64,000 nt of DNA from Dicyema japonicum (Eukaryota > Animalia > Dicyemida): NCBI GenBank assembly GCA_011109175.1, contig RDEW01000011.1, positions 1,107,389 through 1,171,388 on the forward strand, given 5' to 3'. This document shows, in pieces, positions 1-13,637 of the stretch. The notes beneath the pieces were generated by a model, which worked only from the letters and a program-made list of their open reading frames with translations, did not search any database and was not told the origin of the DNA. The position numbers and the translations under genes are program-made. Each line of letters begins with the position of its first letter. The first letter of the stretch is position 1.

Positions 1-615
1 GAAGCCTATGCTGTTTTCAGAGCTTTAGAGGCCGATTTGTATCGTTTTATTACTGGGAATCTCCCTCCATTTTATAATTAGTTGCATTTGATAATTTACT
101 AATATTAATTTATCATGAATTTTAAAATTAAGAAGCAGTATATTAAGTTTGTATAATTTAACACCTTAACATATCTTATTTAGTAACTGTAAGCTAAGTT
201 TAATGTTAGGCTATCAAAATTTCATTAGAGAAAGACAATTCAGCCTTAAAAAATAAGTAGAAAAAATTTTATCGAAGCTATGTTGTGAAACCAGCTTATT
301 AAATATAGATTCGATCAAATAATGCTCGCCAAATGGGAAATCTAAAAAGTATGAATATAAAGGACCATTAAGTATTATCAGAAAGCACATATATAAGATA
401 AAAGAGAGCACATATTATATTATTACTTAATTAAGAAAAGAATTACAAATAATGAGATTGGGATATTTAAGTTGGAATCACCTCTCAGAAACTGATAATA
501 ATAATAATAAAATAATAATTAAAATCAGGGAAATTTTTAAAGGAGTTAAAATTTAAAATATAGCATTTATAAAAAATATTGCATTTAAAAAATGTAGCAT
601 TTATAAATTTTAGAA

Positions 616-859
616 GGCCGGGTGTTAGGTGTCGGGCTAGGTAGCTTAGGCCACGGGTTCTATTCTCGCTGTTGTTCCCCTAATGGAAGGTTTCATGCAT
701 CTACGATGCAAAAAGGGCTTGACGAGTGACGTCGTCATCAGTGGAGATTCACTACGAAACTGGATATATATATATACACAAGAAAAAGAAAACAAAAAGT
801 GAAGAGCATTCCTTGGTTTTCCCTCTACGATTAGTTATAATAACTGTTCTTTAGTTAAA
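616..859 (+). mobile_element. tRNA-derived SINE-like element, copy 1
   Basis: A-box-like GGCCGGGTGTTAGG and B-box-like GGGTTCTATTC head; body (GCATCTACGATGC hairpin, TGACGAGTGACGTCGTCATCAG) and tail (GAAGAGCATTCCTTGG...GATTAGTTA) shared with 11448, 13396, 15107 and 51416. Confidence 0.7.
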
Positions 860-1989
860 CGACAACGTGGAAGTGCTTACTATTATTGAATAAAGAAACA
901 TTAATATTTTTGAAAAAAAGAATATTAGTAAAGATTTACAGTTAAGAGGACGTAATTGAGGAGGCTTCAAAATTTCGAGACTGCCTAAAAAATGTCTACT
1001 TTTTGGTATAGCTCACAACAACATAGATTTCCACATTGGTGTCTTTGAAATTTCTAATTTTTCTAATTAAGAATTTCAACTTTTTTATTGATCTCCAAGG
1101 TTTCATGTTTAAAGTATATCCGTTCACAACTGTAATAGTCATTTCATATTATATTTTGAATTTCTTGTTCAATTATCTAATTTCATTATGTTCTTTTCTC
1201 TTCGTAAAATATTTCTTCACTTCCGTTAGATCTCCACAAAAACAAATATTTCATCCCTTTTTATATGCTTTATTATTGTAATTTTTTGATGCAACTCTGA
1301 GCAACTGTTCTAATCCATAATAGTTCAAAACTATTGGTCTTAACGAGAGTATATTTGCGCTATTTGAATTGATTTCGTTTGTAGAATTACTTAACAGTCA
1401 AAAGAACTAATTATATCACAAATGGAGAGGTATTTTCAGAAATAGTAATTTACTGCAACAAACTAGCTAACTCACCAAAATTTAGCCAGGAATACCTTGT
1501 GCTATCAACATTTGGAAGACATCCGACATCTCTGAAAATATATATTATATATTTATTCTTTGTTGTAGCACTTATGGATTGAATATTTTATTGAATCGAA
1601 AAATAACAGTCGATCTTTTTGTATTTCGTATTCGTCTTAATCGTAGAGCATACATCTTCGATTTGTTATATATTTATTAAAGGTTCTTTTTTATGTTAAT
1701 AATTGTGGTTAGAACATTTATACCATTTATTTATAGAATTTATAAGTAAGAAAATAAATAAATGAATTAAAAATTACATTATTGTCCAGGAAAGATAATC
1801 TTGGATTGGAAAGAATAGTGGATCCTTTTTGATTGTGAAGATGCGTTTACTACTTACGCCACCAGAAACGGCGAACCACATGACGTCGCGTGCATTTGAC
1901 ACACTTTCGTTTTATCTAAAGAATTGAATTAAAAAATTAAAAATTAATGACAAAATTAAATATTTTATTTTGTTAAGAAAAGAGAGAAA

Positions 1990-2192
1990 AAATAAACAAA
2001 TGGTCATACAGCTTTCTATCTGACTGAGTGGCTATTCCTTCTCAGGATTGCGAACGAGATTCTCTCAAATAGTCAGCAGCGATTTCGGGGATCTCCTGTT
2101 CATCAAATGTCAGATTTGCTAAACGAATCAAGATTTCCAGCGTCGCAGGGATAAGGGAAGAAGAAATTTCAACTGTGTGGAACAAACAAAAA
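1990..2192 (-). mobile_element. C-terminal fragment of a CRE-type (RLE) non-LTR retrotransposon
   Basis: Minus strand reads ...TGDPRNRC*LFERISFAILRRNSHSV, matching the TGD.R...LF.RIS.AI.RGN C-terminus of CRE-like elements; paralog of 14225-14434. Confidence 0.65.
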
Positions 2193-2495
2193 TCCACAGA
2201 GCCTTCTCTCGGTCTTGCAGATGAATCCGATCGAGGAGTGGAATTTCTTATCCAATAGGTTTTCTCTTGCCATGGAAAGGATCAGGCAAAGCGGATTTCC
2301 ATCTTCCTCACAGACGCGAAGAAATCCGGAGCCACGACTACAGATCTTAGCTTCCAAGAGTAGTGAGTCGATTGTTGATCCAATACGTGGGCAAAGCATA
2401 CTGATTGTTTTCTGGTGTATCGAGTTGAATCTTTGGACCATAGACTCCGATAGCGCGAATCTCCATGCAACGGAGGCATACTTAACAGCAAGAAT
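2192..2495 (-). mobile_element. Internal 3' fragment of the APE-RT LINE at 15642-18659
   Basis: Closely matches 15768-16065; ORFs 2169-2441 and 15693-16013 are near-identical translations. Confidence 0.85.
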
Positions 2496-2514
2496 TTATT
2501 TCATCCTTATGGAA

Positions 2515-3786
2515 GCTTTTCCACCTACGTCCAATTTTGAAACCCGGAAAAGTGAAGAAGGACCAGGCTTCGTACAGATCAGTCACGTTATTGTGTTCGG
2601 TGTTGAAAATTCTGGAAAGGCTGGTTCTTGTGAAAATCAAAAATTTCCTCCCGGACATGTCATTTCAACATGGTTTTAAAGAGGAGAGGTCTACTTCGAC
2701 CCATTTATCTTCATTGACTAACTTTATGCGATATGGCTTTTTGCACAGGCCGGGACACATGAAACTGTACTTTGCTCCATTGACGTCCACAAAGCTTTTG
2801 ATTCTGTGTCAAGGAATATTCTCACTTGGAAAATTACCAAAGATCCCTGGAAAGCTTAAACTCTGGCTAGCTAATTTCCTTAGTGGTCAGAAGGGCCAGT
2901 CAAGGTCTGAATAGTGTTATTCAATCTATTCATGGCTGACATCCCCACTCTAGACCCCTAAATGATATTATTCTGATATTGCGTCACGCGATCAGGACAT
3001 CCAAATTTCCACTTCGAGACTACAAGAAAATCTGGACTTTGGTGGGCCTATTCTGTACCATTCACATGTAATTGGTACGCAGGCAATGTTTGAAACCAAG
3101 ACTGACAAGCGATGTGTTCTGCTCCCTGGAGCCGACTAGAACCTTTGCAAGAGGGAGTCTTTTATCTCTCTTGTAGAAACGACATATACTCGTGGTAGAG
3201 AAGGATGATTCTTTAAAAATTCATTAAGGTTGTTATTATCAACTTAAAGGGCAGATTCTACAACACTCAACTGTACTGGAATAGGCCCTTGATATGACAA
3301 GGATGAAGTTAATCAATACCTTTAATGTTGCGGTTAAAAGCTTTAATGGCAGAAATGAATTCAATTTCCATTATGTGGAATCCGGTTTTCAGTGGCCGCA
3401 CAAAAGATCTCAAGTCTTTTGGTGCACCCTGGAGTTTTCGCTATCAACAGGCCAAGAATATTCAAAAATGGCATTAGAGTAAGGAGACGGAAAGCGACTC
3501 CCACGTCACGCTCAAAGAGTTTTTAAGCCAATAAATTTATTGAGACCTGAGACCGGTGTCTGGCTGAGCTGGAAGAAGCAAATCCGATTTACAAGCTTTC
3601 TAGGAAATATACTGTTTGAAATTTGATGATTTGCGAGAGTGATTTCCCACTGTCGATCTCCAGATGCTACGAGGGTGTTGTTTATGAGACAAGTAGGACA
3701 GGAAGCTACCTGGATTCGTGCCCCGATCATCAACTTGTTCAATCGCACATAACTCAGATTGAATGTGACGAGTGGTAGTGGACTAA
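2515..3786 (+). mobile_element. Decayed LINE RT fragment plus a minus-strand LINE 3' fragment; duplicate of 23522-24776
   Basis: ORF 2537-2914 has YRSVTLLCSVLKILERLV and FQHGFKEERST (RT motifs); near-identical to 23522-24776. Confidence 0.85.
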
Positions 3787-3789
3787 TAT

Positions 3790-5990
3790 TTTTTATTCAA
3801 AAAATTGTATTTTATTTGTACCTCCAAAAATTGATACAACCAATAAGATCTTTAATTTGAGATTATTTCTCGACTATTGATAATAATAGTTTTAACTGCC
3901 TTTACTACTTAAGTGGTTTAATAATTTAATATCCATAATGTTGGTATTTATGGTCATTAACCTTAATAAATTTGAAGTGACAATTCAAAGACTAGTTCTT
4001 CAGAGCACGTGAGATCATAAGAAGGTTAGTTTTCATTTTGTTGTTTTTCGTTTTTCATCACGAGCCAATAAATCCTATAATGGTAGGAGTGGTAAAAAAT
4101 TAAAAAATTATATATGCCATTTTAACCAGCATTTTATAATTAATAAGAAAGCATTAATTAAATATTTTTGAGTATTAAACATAAATTGAATTTTAAACAA
4201 CGTTGTGAAGTGTCGAAAAACCGAATCATTACATTACTCGCACTACGGGGGAGACATGCTTGGGGTGTTCCTGGTGTCACCATCACTCTACAGTTATGTA
4301 GAAAAGCCGATGATCATGTGGGACATCGGGAGTGATCATATACACCAAGAGATGTTATTGAACCTAGCTCCAGACTCAATGGACTCTGTGTTTACAGGTT
4401 ACGACCTAACAAGAATAAACTGGGAACACTACAGGAGATACATATCGAGAATCCTCAAACACTAAAAGATTAAAGATTAATCCCTAAGTGATATCGACAT
4501 CATAGACAATGAACTCTCTATCATGATGGATACATACTTAATTCTTTACGCAAGAAGGAGATCCTCGAGTACTAATCATGGAAAGAGCATCAGTCTTTCG
4601 ATTTCCACATTATCTTTGATCAATGAAAGGAATTGCCTGAGAAGTAAACTCAGAAGACTGGATAGACCGGATTGCACTACCGAACAATTGAAGATAACCA
4701 AGAAAGCCATTGAAGAAAGAATAAGACTATCTCAAGAACAATGTTTGAGGGTAGAGGCAAGCAAACTAAACACCAAAGACCCCTCGTTCTGGAAGTTCTA
4801 CAAAAGAATAACTAGCCAGAAAAGGAATGACATAAAAATCTCCTTGACCAAGCCAGAAGGTGGACTGTGTTCTATGGAAGAAGCCCCAGATATTTTTATG
4901 AAACAACTGGATCGTATTCAGGGGTCAACCCGATGGAGCTTATTCCGAGGGAGACGTTAGATTCTTCACGTGAAATTTTAACCTACTGTTTGGACGATCT
5001 TAAAGATACTGATATGAAAATAACTACGGAGGAAGTCATGACTGCAATCATGAGATGCAAGGCTAACGCTCCTGGACTTGACCATCTAAGTATGAGATTG
5101 TTCAAGGAAGCTCCAGAAGCTCTATTTCCCATACTGAAGAATTTATTCAATGCAAGCATTTATCATGGTCATGTCCCTAAACGCTGGAAATCTTCCATTG
5201 TCAGAATGATACTGAAACCAGAAAAATCGAGGAGGGACCCTCTCAGTTATAGGCCAATAAGCCTCATCTGTTCGATCTCCAAGATTATCGAACGAATTAT
5301 CTTCAGGAGGCTTAACGACCACATAGAAGAGTGGTTTCCTTCTCGCAGAACAATGGGGCTTCAGACTTGGAAAATCATGCACGGACTGCATCTACCCGAT
5401 GCATTTAATTGTATTGAGAGGTCTGGAATTTAAAAGACTAGTCAACCTGGTATGTTTGGATCTGTCCAAGGGTTTCGATAGTGTGTGCCATGAAGTACTC
5501 CTATCAAGTCTAGCAGGTGCTCAGATCCATAAAAAACTACTCATCTGGATAAGGGATTTCCTAACAGAACGGATTTTCCAAGTACGCGTTGGAGCACATA
5601 TTTCGAAAGACATCATACTGAAGAGAGGAGTTCCTCAGGGTTCCGTCCTGAGCCCTTGTACATCTTCATGAGGATCATCCTACCAGAACTGCTATATGGA
5701 TGCGAAGTATGGTTTTTCTCTTGCCAAAGAGAAAGAATAATGTTTCTCATGGTAAAAACCAGAAGGTCGGCAATAAAGTTGGCTTTAGGAAAAAGGCTCT
5801 GGGATGTTCTCAGCACTGAAGAAGACATGATTCTAACTCCTGTTAAAAGCATCATTGTCCTTACTAAACATTACAAATAAGAGACTTCGCATACATTGTT
5901 GGTTTTTCAGTCTCTTTTCCATATTGGTGGATGTTGTCTCTGTCAAAACGTCATCAATAATCGTGCATAGAGTGTCATCGTTGTCATCAA
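3790..5990 (-). pseudogene. Remnants of a second copy of the PTB-SH2 locus, deleted and interrupted by a LINE
   Basis: 3790-4150 matches 26375-26820 (flank), 4160-4212 matches 27340-27390 (intron 9/exon 9), and 5860-5990 matches 27765-27895 (intron 7/exon 7); a LINE at 4213-5700 sits between. Confidence 0.75.
4213..5700 (+). mobile_element. Decayed APE-RT LINE (distinct family), frameshifted
   Basis: APE C-terminal GSDH; RT motifs APGLDHLS, YRPISLICSISKIIERII, LDLSKGFDSV and GVPQGSVLSP in ORFs 4205-5671. Confidence 0.9.
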
Positions 5991-6759
5991 TTAAATTGAA
6001 TAATAACTTAAGGAATTTATTTAACTTAATTTTACACGTTGCTCAAATTATGTAATGAAAAATTTCAATAACCAGGGTGAAGCCAACTAACATTACCCCA
6101 ACATGTTGCAGAATATACATTATGTTCCTCTATCAAACACACACATTGATTAACTAAGTCAACTAATAATTAGAAATTAATAGTTTAATTAATAAACCAC
6201 AAAAAATTGTTAAACGGATAAAATTAAATATTTAATAACGCGGAGATACTTAAAGGTATATCTTAAGGTATATCCAGTTCCCACAGTAAGCAAATTTGCC
6301 ATTGTGGAAACCCGAATAAATATTGGGCACCTCTTTGGACAAGTGGATCGACTGACGCCATTATTTATTATCTATTAACATTAAAATCATAAATTTTAAA
6401 AGCAGACGTACAAATTAAATTTATTATAAAATGATATTAAATTCTTTATTTTACAAAAAAAAATTTGAATAAATTTTTTAAATTTATGACCATTTGTGAT
6501 GATGCTCATAAAGAGATTCAACGCTAAACCCTGCCAGATTATGATGGATTATAAAAATTCTCTACTCTCCATATTATTTCTATTTCACACATAAACTGAA
6601 AATATCTGAGTTTCTTATTCCATCAACCAATACCCGGAGGTGGTTCAGTCACATCTCAACCAGGTGTGACTGGTTATCCGCAAACATCCTGTCTTTATTG
6701 TATCCGAGTATCAGGTCACCCTGTTCACTACAAACAAAAGATTTATAGGAGGACTCGAG

Positions 6760-6965
6760 ATATTATTTGGAGACATAAAAAATTTTTCTCGCAAATCCAG
6801 AGGATCCTTGGAGTAACTTTAGACTCTTTAATGACCTTTTCTAGTCATTTAGCGAAAGTGTTTGTCGAGGGGCTTCGAAAGTGGAATGTTCCAAAGGCTA
6901 TCATAATAAGAGCCTTTTCTATCTGCAGATTGTATCAGTGCACTTTCTTTGTGAAGGTTTAAACT
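6760..6965 (+). mobile_element. Short LINE RT C-terminal fragment
   Basis: RILGVTLDSLMTFSSHL in ORF 6666-6962. Confidence 0.55.
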
Positions 6966-9938
6966 TTCTTTGTGGTTTTGTGGTTTAAATAGAAAACCAA
7001 TATCTAGATAGATAGAGCCACTAAGTTCATTGTAGAGTCTCACATTTTCTGTATAAAAGGGATAACAAAAAATTACAAGATTTGTTCTAGGTGTATTGAA
7101 ACATAATCTCCTACTACTGAACGTGTTGTGGATTTATGACCAACTTAACATAATCAAGCCAATTTTACTTATATTATAATAAAAAGTCTATTTTAAATAC
7201 CAAAACCTATATTCAACGTGAAAATTATAGACCTATCGAGAGAATTACGCCTATAAAGTATTCATTTGTCAACTATTTTGCATATAATTGAAGGTGCGAT
7301 GGAAAACTTTCGATGTACCGTCTGTGATATTAGGTTAACCTAAGTAACATGTCATATCAAACTTTAAATTTTATGCAAATAACCCGGTTGATCCAACCCT
7401 AGTGAGATGTGAGAGTTTGTTTGAAATTGCTGATTGTTTTCCCATAAACTTTATCCAAGCAAAAAAAGTCATTGAGAATTTTGAGATGGAATTTCAATTT
7501 TTAGATGTGTAGAACCTAGTAACCTTTATAAAAAAACAGAATAAATTATTACTGTTTAGCCACAAAACCGGAATAAGTTAGCCATGAGTGCGAACACTTC
7601 CGAGATGCGTCGGGAAGACATTTGGTAGAACCAATAAGGGCAAGTGTTGTCACTTAACGAGTTCGATTACTATTATTCTTGATGTTTCAAAACGTTATAA
7701 AAACAACATAGAAGATTGAATTTCTAGATATCAATGACGATTAAATTATTAAAGAAAGCAGAACAAAGTTACTTATTTATAGATGATGCAATGAAGTAAA
7801 TCATAAAACTATATTTTTGTAAAGTTTATGCTGAATAATGAAATATATAGAATCAGATATTCCTTCAATGAAGTTTTAGGGGTAACCACATCCCCATATC
7901 ATTTTAGTTACCTAAAAATGCCCTTCTCTCATAATTGGAAGAAGAGGTTGTTAGCTAAAGACATTGATTTTAAACCAAGTAGGTATATTTTTTAAATTAA
8001 AAAACTAAAAAGAAAGTTGATAGTGAATTGGAAGTAAAAGTTTAAGTATTTTGATAAACTGAAAATATCTTTAGGTAAGTTCGAGTTATGTCTACCAAAT
8101 AATTATCTAAGAATTGCTTTGATGATTCCTCCTGTCACAATTTATTTTTTTCCAAATCAGCAGTTTTCAAACTTTTTTTACACGGCTTCCTTATAACAAA
8201 TATACAATCTTTCGCCTCACTTTATATTTCATGATTTGTTTGCACAAAAAAGCTAGTGAGTAAAATTTTTTATTTTTGACACAAAGTTTTTGAAATCTTT
8301 GTGTAATTGAGGAGAGTGTTACTCGTGCATCATGATACAAGAATAAACGAGTTAATATTTATATTTTATAGCTTTTGTAGACAAAATTTTTAATTCCTTA
8401 CATCGATTCAACCAAATAATAAATTAGCGGTTCTCTATCAATTTTTTGTTTCAATAATTTATCAAATGACAATTTTATTTATTTTCATTTTTCAAAAATT
8501 GTCTATACAAATTCATTATCATCTTCATCAATAAATAAATTCTGTATCCATGGGAACTTTTTTTATAAGATCTTTAAAATAATGAGCAAACTGCTTCAAC
8601 AAACAAAGCAAACAGAGGGATATTTCAAAGGAATCGACAATATAGGATTTCCCGACCAATAGCGTAACTTTTTAATTTTAACATGTGATAAGGATAAATA
8701 TAATTTTGAATGAAAGAACATCTTTATACTCATTAGGAGTGTGTGTTTTAGTATCCTAAAGACAAAGACGAGGAAGAGCTGTTTCAGGAACTTCTACATA
8801 TATTCCAGTATGGGCCATCAGAACCAGAAAATTCATCAATGACTAATCCCTAAAAAATTTGTTATGAAGAGGGAATTAAAGACCTGATATCTTTGATAAT
8901 GCCTGTATTCATCATTTTACGGACAATTTCCATGTTCCATTACCTTTTACTCGCCATTTCTATCCAATTGAAAATAAATTCATAACTTATTGTTTATAGA
9001 GGACGTGTTGAAAAAGAGAAAATTAAAAAAAGTTTTTTTTTGCTTTTAAAAAATTTGTTTTTTACTATTAAAAAATATAATGACACTATTGATCGGTAAA
9101 GTCACGCTAATAGTCGGGAAAATGACGTCATGACTAGAGAGTTAAGTTAATGGTCGGGAAACTCTGTTCATTTATTTTAAACCCCAAGACCACCATGATA
9201 GAAATAATTAACTTGCTAAATTAAACCCTATAATACGTGTGAATACTAACAATAAGTAGGATGGACAATATTTTTTCGTCTTTGGGTCATATTGATTATA
9301 TTCAAATTATTTTTACTATTTGAGCTACCATCAAAATTTTCACTATTTGTCAATTATCTTTTACAATCACTCATAAATTTATCATTGCTGTTGGAAGGCG
9401 CTCTTCCCATTTTGGAAACCTTTGATCTAAAGGGAGATTTTAAAAGTGTTCTTTTCAGGACAGTATGATTGACTTAAATCAGATGATTGAAGTTAAGTGA
9501 TTGTTGAATATATTGTAAGGTCTGCATTCGAAATGATCCTTGAGCCAATGCTTTAACATATACATGACTGATTCAAAAGATACACCGACGTTTTAAATTT
9601 GTAGCATGCACAATACCTAGAATGAAACCATGGTAACTGATATACACAACCTATTTGTTCCCCTATTTTTAAAAAAATAACATTTCTACAATTATTATAC
9701 TTGCTTTAGTCTTTTATAATATATATTCTACTTAAAATATTGAATTGGTAAGATTGTAATGATCCGTTTAGATTTAAGATTAGCCATTCCAAGACCACAT
9801 AAAATTCTAAAATTTTAAATCACGTTATATTTCTCATAAATACGATTGGTGTTTCTAATTACTTTATAATGATCGTTATCGATAATTATTCGACTTTATG
9901 ATCAGGAAAGTACTTGAATTGAAGGCATCAGAGATTTT

Positions 9939-10398
9939 NNNNNNNNNNNNNNNNNNNNNNNNNNNNNNNNNNNNNNNNNNNNNNNNNNNNNNNNNNNNNN
10001 NNNNNNNNNNNNNNNNNNNNNNNNNNNNNNNNNNNNNNNNNNNNNNNNNNNNNNNNNNNNNNNNNNNNNNNNNNNNNNNNNNNNNNNNNNNNNNNNNNNN
10101 NNNNNNNNNNNNNNNNNNNNNNNNNNNNNNNNNNNNNNNNNNNNNNNNNNNNNNNNNNNNNNNNNNNNNNNNNNNNNNNNNNNNNNNNNNNNNNNNNNNN
10201 NNNNNNNNNNNNNNNNNNNNNNNNNNNNNNNNNNNNNNNNNNNNNNNNNNNNNNNNNNNNNNNNNNNNNNNNNNNNNNNNNNNNNNNNNNNNNNNNNNNN
10301 NNNNNNNNNNNNNNNNNNNNNNNNNNNNNNNNNNNNNNNNNNNNNNNNNNNNNNNNNNNNNNNNNNNNNNNNNNNNNNNNNNNNNNNNNNNNNNNNNN
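9939..10398. other. Assembly gap (460 N)
   Basis: Run of N. Confidence 1.
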
Positions 10399-10399
10399 G

Positions 10400-11280
10400 A
10401 CTCCAAGGCATATTTTGGCCGACTTGGAGATTGCCTGTTTTGTTTTATCCCACAGAGTTCGTACTGATGATTCCGGTGCGGTTTTCACCATAAGAGTCTC
10501 GATTTGTTCGTGATATTTAGCTCTACAATTTGGCTCTAACCACAATTTTTCCTGTCTGAAAGTATATATTGGGTATTTATCTCGCCTTCTTCGCGTTATC
10601 AATGTATTTTTCCCAGTCAGGTGCTTTTTTACACAAAGTTTTGCAATGACGATCCTGTGGTCGCTGTCGGTTGTTGTTCCCTGGTAGGAACGTGCATCAT
10701 TTATCATGTGTTTATCAGACTTTCGGCAGATAATGTAGTCGATTTGATTATATATATATTCACGGTCTTTCCGACAGAGTTTTTTCTTTGTCCGTACCAC
10801 GTCGTCTTGTGGCAAGCTGAGTGCGTAAAGGCCGTGTTGCACAGGAAAAGGCTATTTGCCTCGCAGAAGTTTACCAGAGAGGCTCCAGATGCATTTCTCC
10901 TTCCGCGCCCGTGTCTTTCAATAGAGGATTCTTCGGGCTTCATTCGCATTCCGGCCTTTGCATTCATATCTCCCGCAACAAAGACAAGAGACAAGGAAGC
11001 ATTGTTAGAGTATGTGCTTGATAGTTCTGAGTAGAATTCCTCGAGTTCACCGGGGTTCTTGATTACTCGTCCACAGTGTGGTACATAGACATTTATGACA
11101 GTTAATAGACTCTTGGACGGGCATAAATCATTTAGTTTGACTTGTAGGACACATATTCGGTCGTTGACTCTCCAATAGCGATGTAATTTTTTGAGGTAAT
11201 CCACGTGTAGGGCAAATCCCATGCCGTAGTGCTTGCATGATTTTAAAATAATAGAAAAATATAGACAAACCATCACAAAA
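10400..11280 (-). mobile_element. RTE-clade LINE, APE endonuclease region
   Basis: GMGFAL, VNDRICVL, INVYVP, VAGDMNAK, IDYII and TDSDHRIV motifs in ORFs 10704-11276 and 9928-10842; homologous to the APE at 31554-32400. Confidence 0.9.
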
Positions 11281-11447
11281 CCTGATAACTGACATTTAAT
11301 TTGGTGGCCTTGCTTGATATGTAATAATTATGTCTTACTTCTATATTATCGGATTATTAATGCAATCAACAGAAAAACCTAGTTAATTCTCTATACAATA
11401 AAGCGTTGGGAAAACTATGGCTGTCCCAAAGGATTTCACTTGTAATT

Positions 11448-11550
11448 GTCAGGGAAAAACATATCACTGCGGAACTAGGAATGGGCATGCACCCAAGAAA
11501 AAGAAAAACAAAGAAGTGATAAGCATTCCTTGATTCTCTCATTGATTAGA
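11448..11550 (+). mobile_element. Partial tRNA-derived SINE copy (3' half)
   Basis: TCACTGCGGAACT...AAGAAGTGATAAGCATTCCTTGATT...GATTAG matches the SINE body and tail. Confidence 0.6.
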
Positions 11551-12540
11551 TATTATACGCACACGAGGGTCTCCTGATTGTGTAGCGATTCAATTCCCTA
11601 GACGACTCAAGAATTCTAGCGTCTCAATGGAGAATGGAACAAACAAAAGGTTAAAACAATTTCACTTAAAAATTTTTTTAAACGAAATAATTATTAAAGT
11701 TTATTTAAGCAGTTGTCATTTTTGTGACATCTGATATTATATTTAGAATTATTTAAAAAACATTGTCATCTATTTTTGACTATATAAATCAATTTACCAA
11801 TTGTTTTTACATGCCTCAGATCCTTTGCTATTACATTTTACGTAACCTTGCCCGCTCAAATAAGATTCAATTCTGATTGCAGTTCTCAAAAAATATATCT
11901 TTAATTAAGATATTTACACTTTTAAAAAAAATTTGCATAATTTTAATAGATTAATCGTAAACTGCTCTTTAGTGATTCCTGTACGATTACCATCTTCCAA
12001 TATTTCAATTTTATCTTCCATGATTTGATTATTTATGTGTATTTCAGAAACTACACATTCGAGTACTTTGTATTTTTTAGAAAGTTGATAATCTTTTCTT
12101 GATTTCTTTCAATTGTTTAAATTCATTTTACATTTGTCAATAACGTTAGCTTTTTTCATTTTTTTCTTCTTTCTTTTTTTTGCACGACCTACCGTTGCGG
12201 ACATCAGATATATCGAATAATAATTTTAATAATGAAATTAAATATTATTTTTATTCTAAATAACTAATTTTATGATAGAAAATAGATTATTTAGTCAAGT
12301 TTATATTTATGTCGCAATATTTGAGTAAATAAAAATAAAATATTAAAACAAAATTATCATAAGAGTGAAATATCTAAAATATTACATAACTTGAAAAAAA
12401 AACTATATCCTCATTTGAAATAATAACCGGAAAATCTAAAAAAATGACAAAATTGCTAACATAAATTACGTCTACTTAAATGTTATGACTACAATTATGA
12501 CCTTGTAAAATATACAAATATTATATAAACAAAAAATTAG

Positions 12541-12768
12541 ATGAACACGCAAATGGATCGACAGAGAATTCTTAGAGAAATGTATGACGAATACATGGAG
12601 CAATATGAAATTTGTTGTAATATCAACAACCGACACGCAGCGTTAACTAGCGAATTTTATAGCTTTAAATACAAAAACAATCAAGAAAGAGGTAATAAAA
12701 AAATTAACGTAGATCTTTTAATTGAAGAAATTAATAATTGTAAAGTCGATGAGGTTAATTTCAATTAA
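12541..12768 (+). CDS. Small orphan ORF (75 aa), unknown function
   Basis: Intact ATG-TAA ORF with coding-like composition in a very AT-rich flank; no motif recognised. Confidence 0.3.
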   Translation: MNTQMDRQRILREMYDEYMEQYEICCNINNRHAALTSEFYSFKYKNNQERGNKKINVDLLIEEINNCKVDEVNFN

Positions 12769-13395
12769 TGTTTAGAGTGAAGCCTATGCTGTTTTCAGAG
12801 CTTTAGAGGCCGATTTGTATCGTTTTATTACTGGGAATCTCCCTCCATTTTATAATTAGTTGCATTTGATAATTTACTAATATTAATTTATCATGAATTT
12901 TAAAATTAAGAAGCAGTATATTAAGTTTGTATAATTTAACACCTTAACATATCTTATTTAGTAACTGTAAGCTAAGTTTAATGTTAGGGTATCAAAATTT
13001 CATTAGAGAAAGACAATTCAGCCTTAAAAAATAAGTAGAAAAAATTTTATCGAAGCTATGTTGTGAAACCAGCTTATTAAATATAGATTCGATCAAATAA
13101 TGCTCGCCAAATGGGAAATCTAAAAAGTATGAATATAAAGGACCATTAAGTATTATCAGAAAGCACATATATAAGATAAAAGAGAGCACATATTATATTA
13201 TTACTTAATTAAGAAAAGAATTACAAATAATGAGATTGGGATATTTAAGTTGGAATCACCTCTCAGAAACTGATAATAATAATAATAAAATAATAATTAA
13301 AATCAGGGAAATTTTTTAAAGGAGTTAAAATTTAAAATATAGCATTTATAAAAAAATATTGCATTTAAAAAATGTAGCATTTATAAATTTTAGAA

Positions 13396-13637
13396 GGCCG
13401 GGTGTTAGGTGTCGGGCTAGGTAGCTTAAACCACGGGTTCTATTCTCGCTGTTGTTCTCCTAATGGAAGGTTTCATGAATCTACGATGCAAAAAGGGCTT
13501 GACGAGTGACGTCGTCATCAGTGGAGATTCACTACGAAACTGGATAGATATATACACAAGAAAAAGAAAACAAAAAGTGAAGAGCATTCCTTGGTTTTCC
13601 CTCTACGATTAGTTATAATAACTGTTCTTTAGTTAAA
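13396..13637 (+). mobile_element. tRNA-derived SINE-like element (duplicate of 616-859)
   Basis: Near-identical to 616-859, within the segmental duplicate. Confidence 0.7.

Larger units (their letters stand above)
1..2192 (+). repeat. Segmental duplicate (or uncollapsed haplotype) of 12779-14434
   Basis: 1-1437 matches 12779-14222 almost base for base, and about 1990-2192 matches about 14225-14434; about 550 bp (1440-1985) is present only in this copy. Confidence 0.9.

Noticed and set aside
214-411. 65-aa minus-strand ORF present twice (also 12992-13189)
   Set aside because: Identity is explained by the recent duplication; AT-rich, F/L/I-biased, no motif
7278-8900. Short coding-like pieces (FRCTVCD at about 7310; YPKDKDEEELFQ at about 8750)
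   Set aside because: Could not be joined into a consistent spliced ORF
9876-10467. ORFs of 169-189 aa across the gap
   Set aside because: Made of X from the 460-N run
11900-12204. Minus-strand lysine-rich coding-like stretch starting at ATG 12204
   Set aside because: Needs frameshifts, no GT-AG micro-introns rescue it, and no family recognised
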